In this document: piece after piece, positions 10,645 through 21,130 of the stretch
Position numbering within the stretch: the stretch's first letter is position 1
Layout of the letters: each line of letters begins with the position of its first letter
Assembly (NCBI GenBank): GCA_965233585.1
Contig: CBDDTI010000745.1
Coordinates: 480,001 to 544,000, forward strand
DNA from: a bacterium
GTDB lineage: Bacteria; SAR324; NAC60-12
Direction: 5' to 3'
Length of the DNA: 64,000 nt
The notes under the pieces: model-generated
Database searches by the model: none
What the model saw: the letters and a program-made list of their open reading frames with translations, nothing else
What the model was told of the DNA's origin: nothing
Position numbers and translations under genes: made by a program

Positions 10645-10748
10645 CGCTTATCTCCTTGAAAACTGAGTTTAAAAATAAATAAAAGACTTCAATCAAATTA
10701 AGTCATTCAATCACACCACTTTCTGAAATTTTTCTTACCCTAACCAAT

Positions 10749-11648
10749 CTATTCAATATGCAACCATTTCTTACGTCGTTCATTCAAAGCATTTAAAAGC
10801 GGATACTTTTGTTTAAGGGGCTTTAAAAACTTTTCTTTAAACCTCACATAATAGCTTTTTTGAACATCATGGCTGTGTGCTTTATCAAAGTTTATGCCTT
10901 CTTGATAAGGTAGGTTATCCTGATGAGGAAGATTTTCTTTGGGACGTGCATGCCATACTGACAAAAAATCATCGTATTGATAATTTTCAGGAACTGTAGA
11001 GTAATAGTAAAGAGCAACAGACTTTCTAGTTCGTTCGGGAGGGCAAGTCAAAGGGTCAGGGTGTCCGTGATAGCTAAACTTGTCTGTGTTAAAAATGACG
11101 CAACGATTAAAAATCGGAGAGATACGATGATGGCATTTTTGCATCTGTGAATCCCATAATTCCAAATGTCCCCCATACTCTTCTTGCCATTCAGAATTGA
11201 GGTAAATTAACAAGTTAATTTTTCGTTCCAAATTAGGCAGATAAGTATGTTTAGTAAAATCGTGATGCACTTTTAGAAAACCTCCTTGTCCAATTTGATG
11301 GATTCCTCCCCCCAAATAGTACGGGTCACTAACTAGCCCCTTAAGTCCTGTTAATTTTTCTAAAAAACGCAAGGTCACAAGAGAATTTAATTCAAATAGC
11401 AAAGTTCTCAATGGCTCGTTCAAATATTCTACATCGCTGAAACCTGTTTTTGATTTTTGAAAAGTGTCATCTCCTTTTCTCCATTCAATGACATCATTTT
11501 GTGAAGGAAATATCTCTTCAACTTGTTTCAAAGGTTCTTCTGGCAAAAAATGATCTATCACCACATGCGGAAAAGGTTCTGCAGACTGATACTGCTTTTG
11601 GTATTTTTTGACAATCTCATTAAGGTTATTTGTATTGAGAAAAAGCAT
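10749..11648 (-). CDS. 2OG-Fe(II) oxygenase (prolyl-hydroxylase-like)
   Basis: PFPHVVID, GGGIH, HHD (HxD), GGHLELWD, SYHG, RKS. Confidence 0.88.
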   Translation of the reverse strand: MLFLNTNNLNEIVKKYQKQYQSAEPFPHVVIDHFLPEEPLKQVEEIFPSQNDVIEWRKGDDTFQKSKTGFSDVEYLNEPLRTLLFELNSLVTLRFLEKLTGLKGLVSDPYYLGGGIHQIGQGGFLKVHHDFTKHTYLPNLERKINLLIYLNSEWQEEYGGHLELWDSQMQKCHHRISPIFNRCVIFNTDKFSYHGHPDPLTCPPERTRKSVALYYYSTVPENYQYDDFLSVWHARPKENLPHQDNLPYQEGINFDKAHSHDVQKSYYVRFKEKFLKPLKQKYPLLNALNERRKKWLHIE

Positions 11649-11871
11649 ATTCAGTCAAAGATGATGGTTATCAAAGGAAGCATTCATTTTCAAATTTTAA
11701 GAACAAACAGGGTATAGGAACTCTTTTGGAGTGTCAAATTGATTGCGTTCCACTAAAGACGGGCAAATTCCTATTTTCCTACACCAGCTGACTTAGGAAG
11801 TCATTTTTCAAAAAATGCTGAATAAATAATTTTTTCAAATGCCAATTTTCTGTAAATTCAGCAAAAAGCAC

Positions 11872-11900
11872 TTGACAACAAAACAAGACTTCTCTAACCT
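11872..11900 (+). promoter_or_regulatory. Putative sigma70 promoter for dppA
   Basis: TTGACA (11872-11877), 17-bp spacer, TAACCT (11895-11900). Confidence 0.55.
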
Positions 11901-11978
11901 TTCCTAATCGTTTTTTAACCCTGCCTTATTTGATAGGGCAATTTTTAATCTATCTTAAACCCATAACAAAAAGGTTTT

Positions 11979-13556
11979 ATGAAAAAAAGTCTCTCTGGTG
12001 TTGCATGTTTTCTTGCTCTTGGAGCATCACAAGCAGCATTTGGCAAAACGTTAGTCTACTGTTCTGAAGGAAGCCCTGAAGGATTCACCCCTGCACTTTT
12101 CACTGCAGGAACAACCTTTGATGCGTCCTCAAGGAACGTCTTCAATCGTCTTTCTGAATTTAAAAACGGCTCAACCCAAGTGATTCCTGCACTTGCTAAA
12201 TCGTGGAAAATTTCTGAAGATGGAAAAACTTACACTTTCAATTTGCGAAAAGGTGTGAAGTTTCACAGCACTAAGTACTTTAAACCAACAAGGGATTTCA
12301 ATGCCGATGATGTTCTTTTCACATTCAATCGTCAAAGGCTAGAAAGCCACCCCTACCACAAAGTGTCCAATGCCACTTATGAATATTTTGGTGCAATGGA
12401 TATGGGTGATCTTATCAAAGACATCGTCAAAGTTGATGACTATACCGTCCGCTTTGAATTGAACTACCCAGAAGCACCATTCATTGCAAATATGGCAATG
12501 GACTTTGCGTCAATTCACTCAAAAGAATACGCAGACAAAATGTCTGATGCTGGGACAAAAGAAATGTTTGACCAAATGCCTATTGGCACAGGTCCCTTTG
12601 CTTTCGTCACCTACAAAAAAGACGCTTTAATCCGCTACAAAGCACATAAGCAGTACTTCCGAGGTAAGTCAAAAATTGACAACCTCGTCTTTGCAATCAC
12701 TCCTGACAACTCTGTACGTTACCAGAAACTCAAAAAAGGAGAATGCCACATTATGCCCTATCCCAACCCTGCTGACATTGCCAGTATGAGGAAAGATAAG
12801 CAGTTGAAGATGATGGAACAAGAGGGACTGAACGTAGGTTACTTGGCTTATAACACGCAGAAAAAACCCTTTGACAATCCCAAAGTCAGAAAAGCATTGA
12901 ATCATGCGATTGACAAGCAAGCTATCATTGATGCTGTCTTTCAGGGTTCTGGGAAAATTGCCAAAAATCCTATTCCTCCTACTATGTGGTCGTACAATAA
13001 CGCAGTCAAAGATGACGAATACAATCCAGCCGAAGCAAGGCGTTTGCTGAAAGAAGCAGGGATTAAAAATTTGAAAACGAACATCTGGGCAATGCCTGTG
13101 CAACGACCATATAACCCGAACGCAAGACGTATGGCAGAATTGATTCAGTCCGATTGGAAAAAAGTTGGGGTTGATGCAGAAATCGTCAGCTACGAGTGGG
13201 GAGAATACCTGAAACGTTCCAAAGACCTTGAGCATGAAACGCTTTTGCTTGGTTGGACTGGAGACAATGGAGACCCTGATAACTTCCTACAAGTTTTGCT
13301 TGGTTGTGGCTCGCCTGCTAATCGTGCAGGATGGTGTGATGAAAAGTTTGACAGCTTGACCAAAAAAGCAAAAACAATCTCTGACGTCAAACAACGCACA
13401 AAACTCTACAAAGAAGCACAACTTGTCTTCAAAAAAGAAGCTCCTTGGGCAACCATTGCTCACTCTGTCGTGTACATGCCAATGAGAAAGGAAGTCGTGG
13501 GATACAAAGTTGATCCCCTTGGTGGTCATGCCTTCTATGAACTAGACTTGCGTTAA
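11979..13556 (+). CDS. dppA: Dipeptide ABC transporter periplasmic binding protein
   Basis: Signal peptide, KTLVYCSEGSPEGF, MPVQRPYNPNARRMAE, GWTGDNGDPDNF. Confidence 0.96.
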   Translation: MKKSLSGVACFLALGASQAAFGKTLVYCSEGSPEGFTPALFTAGTTFDASSRNVFNRLSEFKNGSTQVIPALAKSWKISEDGKTYTFNLRKGVKFHSTKYFKPTRDFNADDVLFTFNRQRLESHPYHKVSNATYEYFGAMDMGDLIKDIVKVDDYTVRFELNYPEAPFIANMAMDFASIHSKEYADKMSDAGTKEMFDQMPIGTGPFAFVTYKKDALIRYKAHKQYFRGKSKIDNLVFAITPDNSVRYQKLKKGECHIMPYPNPADIASMRKDKQLKMMEQEGLNVGYLAYNTQKKPFDNPKVRKALNHAIDKQAIIDAVFQGSGKIAKNPIPPTMWSYNNAVKDDEYNPAEARRLLKEAGIKNLKTNIWAMPVQRPYNPNARRMAELIQSDWKKVGVDAEIVSYEWGEYLKRSKDLEHETLLLGWTGDNGDPDNFLQVLLGCGSPANRAGWCDEKFDSLTKKAKTISDVKQRTKLYKEAQLVFKKEAPWATIAHSVVYMPMRKEVVGYKVDPLGGHAFYELDLR

Positions 13557-13568
13557 ATTTTCTCTCCC

Positions 13569-13602
13569 AAAGCTAGGCTCATATTTTTTGAGTCTGGCTT
13601 TT
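13569..13602 (+). terminator. Stem-loop after dppA
   Basis: AAAGCTAGGCTCA / TGAGTCTGGCTTT stem with G-U pairs. Confidence 0.6.
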
Positions 13603-13714
13603 CTCCCCTGAAAACTAACCCCCTTGAAAATCATGAAAGATGTTGCAATCATATCTTTGGTGTTTCGCAATATAGTCTAAAAATGGGTTTGGTAGAAGAG
13701 ACCTTCAAAACAGA

Positions 13715-14626
13715 ATGGAATATTTTTTACAGCAGTTAATCAATGGTCTTGCACTGGGTGGTGTTTACGGATTGATTGCAGTAGGTTACACCATGGTTTA
13801 TGGAATTATCGGCATGATCAATTTTGCTCATGGTGATATTTTCATGGTTGGTGGATTTCTCTCATTGATTGCCATTTTGTTTGTTTCAGCATTGGGGTCA
13901 TGGGTTTTGTTTTCCGTTGCTGCAGCACTTGTTTTTTCCATTGCCGTCACTAGTTTATATGGTTGGGCGGTGGAACGGGTGGCGTATCGTCCTTTAAGAC
14001 ATTCTTTCAGACTTGCTCCTTTGCTGTCTGCGATTGGCATGTCCATCTTTCTTCAAAATTATGTCCAAATCGCTCAAGGGGCAAGAAGTAAGCCTTTAGC
14101 TCCTGTTCTACCGGGTGGCGTGACACTCATTCCTAGTGATGTTTTCCCCGTCCAAATTAGCTATCTTCAAATTGCGATTTTTCTCATCACCATTGTTGTC
14201 ATGTCCGTTTTTTCATGGGTTATTACAGGTACCAAATTGGGACGCGCCCAAAGAGCGTGTGAACAAGATATGCGAATGGCAGAGTTATGCGGAGTTCCAG
14301 TAGACCGTGTCATTTCACTGGCTTTTGTCATGGGTTCAGGATTGGCAGCAGTGGCAGGAGCAATTTTTTTGCTTTACTATGGGGTGGTTGATTTTTTCAT
14401 CGGCTTTCTTGCAGGTGTGAAGGCATTTACTGCGGCTGTGCTGGGAGGAATTGGCTCGTTACCCGGTGCTGTGCTGGGAGGAATATTGATTGGATTGATT
14501 GAGACATTCTGGTCTGCCTATTTTTCCACAGAGTACAAAGACGTCGCAGCGTTTTCAATTTTAGTGTTAGTTTTAATTTTTAAGCCCACAGGGTTTCTTG
14601 GTAAGCCAGAAGTAGAGAAAGTATGA
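13715..14626 (+). CDS. livH: Branched-chain amino acid ABC permease
   Basis: QQLINGL, GYTMVYGIIGMINFAHG, KAFTAAVLGGIGS. Confidence 0.96.
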   Translation: MEYFLQQLINGLALGGVYGLIAVGYTMVYGIIGMINFAHGDIFMVGGFLSLIAILFVSALGSWVLFSVAAALVFSIAVTSLYGWAVERVAYRPLRHSFRLAPLLSAIGMSIFLQNYVQIAQGARSKPLAPVLPGGVTLIPSDVFPVQISYLQIAIFLITIVVMSVFSWVITGTKLGRAQRACEQDMRMAELCGVPVDRVISLAFVMGSGLAAVAGAIFLLYYGVVDFFIGFLAGVKAFTAAVLGGIGSLPGAVLGGILIGLIETFWSAYFSTEYKDVAAFSILVLVLIFKPTGFLGKPEVEKV

Positions 14627-15900
14627 GCGATTCGTCCCAAAACAAACTCAAAATTAAAGAATCTCTTCAAAATGCGCTGCTTACCTCAACCATTGTTTTA
14701 GTACTGGCATTCCCCATCGTTGGCATGAGGACAGTAGACCAGCAAGCGAAACTCATCATTCAATATGAATGGGAACGAGTTGGCATTTTGGTGTTAGCCG
14801 CCTTCATTGGTCGCTTCATTGTGAATGTAATCTATTCTTCAGGTGCTTTTAAAAACATCTCTTTCCAAATCTTGCCCAAACACTCTAAAACATGGGACAA
14901 ACAGCATCTTTTGATTGCTTTAGGTAGTGTTTTGGTTGTCTTCAGTCTCTTGTTGCCTGTGCTTCCTTTCTCTTCACGTTACGTGATTGATGTTGCCATT
15001 CTTGCCTTAACCTATGTCATGTTGGGCTGGGGGTTGAATGTTGTCGTTGGGCTGGCAGGGTTGCTTGACCTTGGTTATGCAGGATTTTATGCAGTGGGTG
15101 CGTATGGCTATGCGCTACTTGCACAGTACTTTGATTTTACGTTTTGGCAAGCTCTTCCTATTGCGGGATTATTTGCGGCATTTTCTGGTCTTTTGCTTGG
15201 TTTTCCTGTTTTAAGACTCAGGGGTGATTACCTTGCCATTGTCACACTTGGATTTGGTGAGATCATTCGCGTTGTCTTGTTGAATTGGTATGACTTGACC
15301 AACGGACCTGATGGTGTTTCAGGGATTCCAAGACCCAGTTTTTTTGGATTAGAGTTTAAGAGAAGAGTCAGAGAAGGGGAAACGTTCCATGAGTTTTTTG
15401 GGTTAGAATACTCGCCTATACACCGATTAATTTTTCTATATTATGTCATCTTAATTCTTGCACTTTTGGTAAACTTCCTGACAATTAAGTTAAGAAAATT
15501 GCCTGCTGGCAGAGCATGGGAAGCATTGCGTGAAGATGAAATTGCATGCCGTTCTCTTGGTGTCAATCCCACCAACACCAAACTCACAGCATTTGCGTTG
15601 GGTGCTACCTTTGCAGGATTTGGTGGTGCTTTTTTTGCCACGAAGCAAGGATTTATCTCGCCCGAAAGTTTTACATTCATTGAATCAGCCATCATTTTAG
15701 CTATTGTGGTTCTTGGTGGAATGGGTAGCCAACTTGGTGTTGCCATCGCCGCCATCGTGTTAATAGGAGGCACAGAGCTTTTTAGAGAATTAGAAGAATA
15801 CCGCATGTTGACTTTTGGTTTGCTCATGGTCGTCATGATGGTCTGGAAGCCCACAGGATTTGTAGGGAAACGAGAGCCTTCAATCAAATTAAAAATTTAA
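14623..15900 (+). CDS. livM: Branched-chain amino acid ABC permease
   Basis: GLAGLLDLGY, LRLRGDYLAIVTLGFGEI, ALREDEIA. Confidence 0.96.
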   Translation: MSDSSQNKLKIKESLQNALLTSTIVLVLAFPIVGMRTVDQQAKLIIQYEWERVGILVLAAFIGRFIVNVIYSSGAFKNISFQILPKHSKTWDKQHLLIALGSVLVVFSLLLPVLPFSSRYVIDVAILALTYVMLGWGLNVVVGLAGLLDLGYAGFYAVGAYGYALLAQYFDFTFWQALPIAGLFAAFSGLLLGFPVLRLRGDYLAIVTLGFGEIIRVVLLNWYDLTNGPDGVSGIPRPSFFGLEFKRRVREGETFHEFFGLEYSPIHRLIFLYYVILILALLVNFLTIKLRKLPAGRAWEALREDEIACRSLGVNPTNTKLTAFALGATFAGFGGAFFATKQGFISPESFTFIESAIILAIVVLGGMGSQLGVAIAAIVLIGGTELFRELEEYRMLTFGLLMVVMMVWKPTGFVGKREPSIKLKI

Positions 15901-15908
15901 AACTCAAC

Positions 15909-16715
15909 ATGAGTGAGCAAACAGTCTTAAATGTCCAACATCTAAGCATGCACTTTGGAGGGTTAGCTGCCATTGATGACGTTTCGTTCTCTGCAAGTCT
16001 CGGAAAGATTACAGCAGTCATTGGTCCAAATGGAGCAGGCAAGACCACACTTTTTAATTGCTTGACAGGTTTCTATCGTCCCACACAAGGTTGCCTAGCA
16101 GTCTCAAGAGACAATCAAACCTTTTACTTAGAACAAATGAACGGGGTAGAAATCGCCAAAAAAGCAAAGATTGCAAGAACCTTTCAAAATATCCGACTTT
16201 TTTCTAAAATGACTGCACTTGAAAATTTAGTCGTGGCTCAACATAACCGCTTAATGAAGCAGTCGGGATACAACATTTACGGAATTTTAGGCTTAAAACG
16301 TTACAAAGATGCAGAAAGACAAGCGATTGAAAAAGCAAGATACTGGCTTGAAACTGTGGGAATTGATTTAAAACTCGCCAACACAGAAGCAGGTAGCTTT
16401 CCCTATGGAGAACAAAGAAAGTTAGAGATTGCACGTGCCATGTGTACCGAACCGATTTTGCTTTGTCTTGACGAACCTGCTGCGGGTTTGAACCCCAAAG
16501 AATCCAAAGGCTTGAATGAACTCTTGCTAAACATCGTGGACAAGCATCAAATCTCTGCACTTTTGATAGAGCATGACATGGACGTTGTGATGAATATATC
16601 AGACCACATTGTCGTTTTAGATTATGGTCAAAAAATCTCTGACGGCACACCAGACTTTATCAAAAATGACCCTGCTGTCATTAAAGCCTATCTTGGAGAA
16701 GAGGCAGTTGAATGA
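15909..16715 (+). CDS. livG: Branched-chain amino acid ABC ATPase
   Basis: GPNGAGKTT, ARTFQNIRLF, LDEPAAG, IEHDM. Confidence 0.96.
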   Translation: MSEQTVLNVQHLSMHFGGLAAIDDVSFSASLGKITAVIGPNGAGKTTLFNCLTGFYRPTQGCLAVSRDNQTFYLEQMNGVEIAKKAKIARTFQNIRLFSKMTALENLVVAQHNRLMKQSGYNIYGILGLKRYKDAERQAIEKARYWLETVGIDLKLANTEAGSFPYGEQRKLEIARAMCTEPILLCLDEPAAGLNPKESKGLNELLLNIVDKHQISALLIEHDMDVVMNISDHIVVLDYGQKISDGTPDFIKNDPAVIKAYLGEEAVE

Positions 16716-17425
16716 AGTCCTTGCAAATTTCAAATTTAGTGGCACACTATGGCAACATTCAAGCATTGTCAGGAGTCAACCTAGAGGTCAATGCTGGTGA
16801 GATTGTCACCTTGATTGGTGCAAATGGAGCAGGCAAGTCCACTTTATTAATGAACATTTGTGGAGTCGTGAGGGCATCAAAAGGCAGTGTGATTTATGAG
16901 GGTCAGGACATCACCCAAAAACCAGTGCATCAGATTATCAAGTTAGGCATTCGGCAATCTCCAGAAGGCAGACGCATTTTTCCACATATGAGCGTTTTGG
17001 AAAATTTAAAAATGGGAGCATTCATTACCAACCCAGAGTTTTTTGAAGAAGACCTGCAACATGTCTTTGAACTTTTCCCAAGGCTCAAAGAACGAGAATC
17101 ACAAAGGGGAGGAACGCTTTCAGGTGGAGAACAACAAATGCTAGCCATTGCACGTGCTTTGATGGGACGCCCTCATTTGTTGTTACTTGATGAACCTTCA
17201 TTGGGGCTAGCTCCGCTCATCGTTAAACAAATTTTTGAGATTATTGAACGCATCAACAAAGAAAACAAGATGACAATTTTTCTGGTAGAACAAAATGCAT
17301 TCCATGCACTGCGTCTGGCAGACCGTGCCTATGTCTTGGCTCATGGTGAAGTCATTCGTAGTGGTTCAGGCAAAGAATTACTCAACGATTCAGAAATCAA
17401 AGCAGCTTATTTGGGAGGACATTGA
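16712..17425 (+). CDS. livF: Branched-chain amino acid ABC ATPase
   Basis: GANGAGKS, PEGRRIF, LSGGEQQMLA, LDEPSLGLAP. Confidence 0.96.
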   Translation: MKSLQISNLVAHYGNIQALSGVNLEVNAGEIVTLIGANGAGKSTLLMNICGVVRASKGSVIYEGQDITQKPVHQIIKLGIRQSPEGRRIFPHMSVLENLKMGAFITNPEFFEEDLQHVFELFPRLKERESQRGGTLSGGEQQMLAIARALMGRPHLLLLDEPSLGLAPLIVKQIFEIIERINKENKMTIFLVEQNAFHALRLADRAYVLAHGEVIRSGSGKELLNDSEIKAAYLGGH

Positions 17426-17784
17426 GTATGGAAAAAGACGCACTCATCTTTGGAATCTTGGTTGAAAACTATTTGATTTTGTTGTGTATCATGGGTTGGA
17501 TTGCATACATGATTGGTCAGTCGTTAGCATCTCAATGGCGTACATGGCAACAAGCAATCCCGTATTGCCTTTTACTTTCGTGTTCAAATAATTTTTTAAT
17601 TCACGCTCTCTTTGAGGGCGAATTACTTTCTTTTTCTGCATTTTTGGTCACAGGTGTCGTTCTCATCACGGTTGCATGCGTCTCTTATCGCGTTTGCTAC
17701 GTGAAAAAAATGACCACTCAATATTGGTGGTTGTATGAAAAAACATCACCTCTTCAATTTTGCAAAAAAGAAAGCTCTCTTTGA
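17422..17784 (+). CDS. Small membrane protein of liv operons (DUF6867-like)
   Basis: Three TM segments, GQSLASQWR, FLIHALF, MTTQYWWLY; located between livF and the binding-protein gene. Confidence 0.65.
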   Translation: MSMEKDALIFGILVENYLILLCIMGWIAYMIGQSLASQWRTWQQAIPYCLLLSCSNNFLIHALFEGELLSFSAFLVTGVVLITVACVSYRVCYVKKMTTQYWWLYEKTSPLQFCKKESSL

Positions 17785-17808
17785 GCTTTGGTACAAAGCT
17801 CTTTTTTT
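17783..17808 (+). terminator. Intrinsic-terminator-like hairpin upstream of livK
   Basis: GAGCTTTG-gta-CAAAGCTC followed by T7. Confidence 0.55.
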
Positions 17809-17828
17809 AACCTTTCTATAAATGGAAA

Positions 17829-18965
17829 ATGATGATGAAATCTTGGGTCAAATATGCCCAATCAACATTGGTGTTGATGGCATTAGGTGCTTCAGCGGCT
17901 TATGCTGAAAAAGAAATTGCAATGGCAGGTCCATTGACAGGTCAACTTGCCTCTTTTGGCGAACAACTGACACGTGGGGCAGAACTAGCTGTCAAACATG
18001 TCAATGAATCTGGTGGCGTGCTTGGTGAAAAGCTGTCTCTCTATCCAGGGGACGATGCTTGCGATCCCAAGCAAGCAGTTTCTGTTGCAAATAAAATTGC
18101 AACCAGAGGAATAGAATTTGTGGCAGGGCATTTCTGTTCAGGTTCTTCCATTCCTGCCTCTGCAGTGTATGCAGAAAATGGTGTCTTGATGATTACCCCC
18201 GCATCAACCAGTCCTAAATTGACTGATGATGCTTATGACAATGGCTGGGACACGATCTTGCGTGTGGCAGGTCGCGATGATAAGCAAGGAGAAACAGCAG
18301 GTGCATTTATCATCAAAAACTTCAAAGACAAAAATATTGCCATTTTGCATGATAAATCTGCCTTTGGTAAGGGTGTTGCTGATGAAACCCGCAAATACAT
18401 ACGAAGCAAAGGAAAAAAAGAAACCATGTATGAAGCCTACACTTCAGGCGAAAAGGACTTTTCTGCTCTTGTTTCTAAAATGAAACAGAAAAGAATCGGA
18501 GTCATTTATCTGGGTGGATACCATACAGAAGGAGGTTTGTTGTTACGTCAAGCCCGTTCACAAGGTTTGAAAGCCATGTTGATTGGACCTGATGCCCTAA
18601 ATAGCTCAGAATTTTGGAGCATCACAGGTGAATCAGGAGAAGGTGCATTGTTTACTTTTGCCCCTGACCCACGAGACAACAAAGAAGCACGCAAGATTGT
18701 CAAAGAATTTCAAGATTCTGGATATGATCCTGAAGGCTATACTTTGTACTCCTACATTGCAATCCGCTTGTGGGCTGATGCCGCAAACCGTGCAGGCACA
18801 ACTGATGCCTACAAACTTGCAGAGTTTCTAAGAGAAAACTCCTTCAAGTCCGTACTAGGAAAAATTGCATTTGACAAAAAAGGAGACATGAAAAACTTTC
18901 CTTTTGTTGTTTACAAGTGGACTAACGGAAAAACTGAACTTTATAAAGACAAATCTGGTTATTAG
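17829..18965 (+). CDS. livK: Branched-chain amino acid ABC binding protein (LivJ/LivK)
   Basis: Signal peptide, DDACDPKQAV, GHFCSGSS, GRDDKQG, GGYHTE. Confidence 0.93.
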   Translation: MMMKSWVKYAQSTLVLMALGASAAYAEKEIAMAGPLTGQLASFGEQLTRGAELAVKHVNESGGVLGEKLSLYPGDDACDPKQAVSVANKIATRGIEFVAGHFCSGSSIPASAVYAENGVLMITPASTSPKLTDDAYDNGWDTILRVAGRDDKQGETAGAFIIKNFKDKNIAILHDKSAFGKGVADETRKYIRSKGKKETMYEAYTSGEKDFSALVSKMKQKRIGVIYLGGYHTEGGLLLRQARSQGLKAMLIGPDALNSSEFWSITGESGEGALFTFAPDPRDNKEARKIVKEFQDSGYDPEGYTLYSYIAIRLWADAANRAGTTDAYKLAEFLRENSFKSVLGKIAFDKKGDMKNFPFVVYKWTNGKTELYKDKSGY

Positions 18966-18976
18966 GCATCTCAATT

Positions 18977-19010
18977 CTTTCTCTTCTGCTCATATTGGCA
19001 GAGGAGAAAG
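18977..19010 (+). terminator. Stem-loop after livK
   Basis: CTTTCTCTTCTGCT / GGCAGAGGAGAAAG 14-bp stem with G-U pairs. Confidence 0.65.
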
Positions 19011-19135
19011 CTAACGACAAATCCTTTGCCATTCTACATTCCATCGTTGATTTATATTAACGAAAATGTTGTTGCTCATCCCTCTTGTTTTTAAAATGAT
19101 CATCACCTTCCTAAAAAACATTTTAGTTTAAAGCC

Positions 19136-20146
19136 ATGTCTAAATTCTTAATCAAACGTTTGAGTGTTTTAATTCCAGCTCTTTTAGGGGTTACGATTGC
19201 TTCTTTTGCATTTATTAGAATGCTACCGGGCGACCCTGTCTTGCTTATTGGTGGAGAACGAGGTCTTTCTGGCGAACGTTACGAACAGATCAAAATCCAA
19301 TATGGGTTTGACAAACCTATTTGGCAACAATACTTGATTTATTTGGGGAATTTATTTCAAGGAGATTTAGGCAAATCTATTGTGACTAAACAACCTGTCA
19401 TGGACGAGTTTTTTTCACTTTTTCCTGCAACAGTTGAAGTCTCTCTTGTTGCCTTAGTGCTTGCCGCTTTCATTGGCATTCCGCTAGGCGTTATTGCCGC
19501 TGTCAAAAAAGGAACAGTTTGGGATTATAGTGTGATGACCTTTTCACTGACAGGATTTTCTATGCCCATTTTCTGGTGGGCATTGTTATTGATTGTTCTA
19601 GTTTCAGGAATGTGGGGTTTGACTCCTGTTTCAGGCAGAATCAGTGTTTTGTTTTATGTAGAAGAAGTGACAGGATTTTTGACCATTGACAGCCTACTTA
19701 GCGATGAAGAAGGTGCGTTTTTGTCAACATTGCATCATCTAATCTTGCCATCAATCGTCTTGGCAACAATTCCAATGGCTTCTATTGCAAGGCAGACACG
19801 CTCTGCCATGTTGGAATCTCTACAAGAAGATTTTGTCAAAACAGCACGTTCCAAAGGAATCCCAGAATGGCGAGTGACCTATGTTCACTGCCTACGTAAC
19901 GCCATGGTACCAATCGTCACAGTACTGGGGTTGTCTATCAATGTCTTGTTTGCAGGTGCAGTCCTGACCGAAACCATCTTTTCGTGGCCCGGCATCGGTA
20001 AATGGATGGTTGATGCCATCTACCGCAGAGACTACCCTTCAGTACAAGGTGGGCTTCTCTTAATTGCTTGTATCACTATTTTTATGAATCTACTAGTTGA
20101 TCTTTCTTATGGCTTAATCAACCCGCGTATCCGTGAAATGAAGTGA
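19136..20146 (+). CDS. dppB: Dipeptide ABC permease
   Basis: LPGDPV, GDLGKS, FPATVE, SMPIFWW, TARSKG, RRDYPSVQG. Confidence 0.95.
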   Translation: MSKFLIKRLSVLIPALLGVTIASFAFIRMLPGDPVLLIGGERGLSGERYEQIKIQYGFDKPIWQQYLIYLGNLFQGDLGKSIVTKQPVMDEFFSLFPATVEVSLVALVLAAFIGIPLGVIAAVKKGTVWDYSVMTFSLTGFSMPIFWWALLLIVLVSGMWGLTPVSGRISVLFYVEEVTGFLTIDSLLSDEEGAFLSTLHHLILPSIVLATIPMASIARQTRSAMLESLQEDFVKTARSKGIPEWRVTYVHCLRNAMVPIVTVLGLSINVLFAGAVLTETIFSWPGIGKWMVDAIYRRDYPSVQGGLLLIACITIFMNLLVDLSYGLINPRIREMK

Positions 20147-20155
20147 TTTTTTGAT

Positions 20156-21130
20156 ATGGAACAACAAGACTTTGACTTTTCTAAGTGTCTTTCCTTTGAA
20201 GACAAGAAAGCCAATTTGTTGTTAAGCCTTCAAGGTCACAGGTCAAAATATAAACGATTGGCATTGTCTCCGATACGTTATGCAGGTGGCAAAAGTTTGG
20301 CAGTTGGCTATGTGATAGAGGAACTTCCTCAAGTCAAAAGAATCATCTCTCCATTTTTTGGTGGGGGCAGTGTGGAAATTGCCATTGCCCAAAAATTAGG
20401 TATTGAGGTCATTGGTAGTGACATTAACATAGACTTGGCGAATTATTGGCATCATCAAATCAATGAACCTGCAGTACTTTATGAAGGACTAAATAATCTT
20501 GAACCCACTAAAAAAGAATATAATCGTGTCAAAGAAATTTGCAAATTACATAGAAAAGGTCAACTTGAATTGTCTAAGTTAGACCAAGCTGTTTATTTTT
20601 TCTTCAATCATAATTTGTCCTATGGACCTTCTTACATAGGTTGGGCATCAAATGTTTACTTGAATGAAGGCAAGTATCAAAAAATGCTAGAAAAGGTAAG
20701 AGATTTTGATGCGACTATTCAAGTTACTTGTGAGACTTTTGAAGTCATGTTTCAAAAATACCCAAATGACTTTTTCTATTGTGATCCTCCTTACTTTCTA
20801 AAACAAGATGATTCAACTAGCCAAATGTTTGCAGGAATTTACCCAGAACGTAATAATCCTTTTCATCATAAAAATTTTGACCATGAAAAACTGCGAGATT
20901 TATTAAATCAACATCAAGGAGGCTTCATTGTTTCTTATAACGATTGCTCAAAAAGTAGAGAGTATTATAAAGACTATACTTTAAAGTATCCTTCTTGGCA
21001 GTACACGATGGGGCAGGGAGAAACCAGAATCTCAAAAATTCTAGGAAACAGAGATATTGAAAACAATCATTCTCATATTAAAAAATCACACGAAGTACTG
21101 ATACTTTCCTCATTGGAAGCTCTCCGATAA
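20156..21130 (+). CDS. DNA adenine methyltransferase (Dam/D12 class)
   Basis: RYAGGKS, motif I SPFFGGGSV, motif IV YCDPPY, SYND. Confidence 0.92.
   Translation: MEQQDFDFSKCLSFEDKKANLLLSLQGHRSKYKRLALSPIRYAGGKSLAVGYVIEELPQVKRIISPFFGGGSVEIAIAQKLGIEVIGSDINIDLANYWHHQINEPAVLYEGLNNLEPTKKEYNRVKEICKLHRKGQLELSKLDQAVYFFFNHNLSYGPSYIGWASNVYLNEGKYQKMLEKVRDFDATIQVTCETFEVMFQKYPNDFFYCDPPYFLKQDDSTSQMFAGIYPERNNPFHHKNFDHEKLRDLLNQHQGGFIVSYNDCSKSREYYKDYTLKYPSWQYTMGQGETRISKILGNRDIENNHSHIKKSHEVLILSSLEALR

Noticed and set aside
12669..13235. 188-aa minus-strand ORF
   Set aside because: Antisense shadow of dppA with no motifs
15441..16650. Two 148-aa minus-strand ORFs
   Set aside because: Antisense shadows of livM and livG
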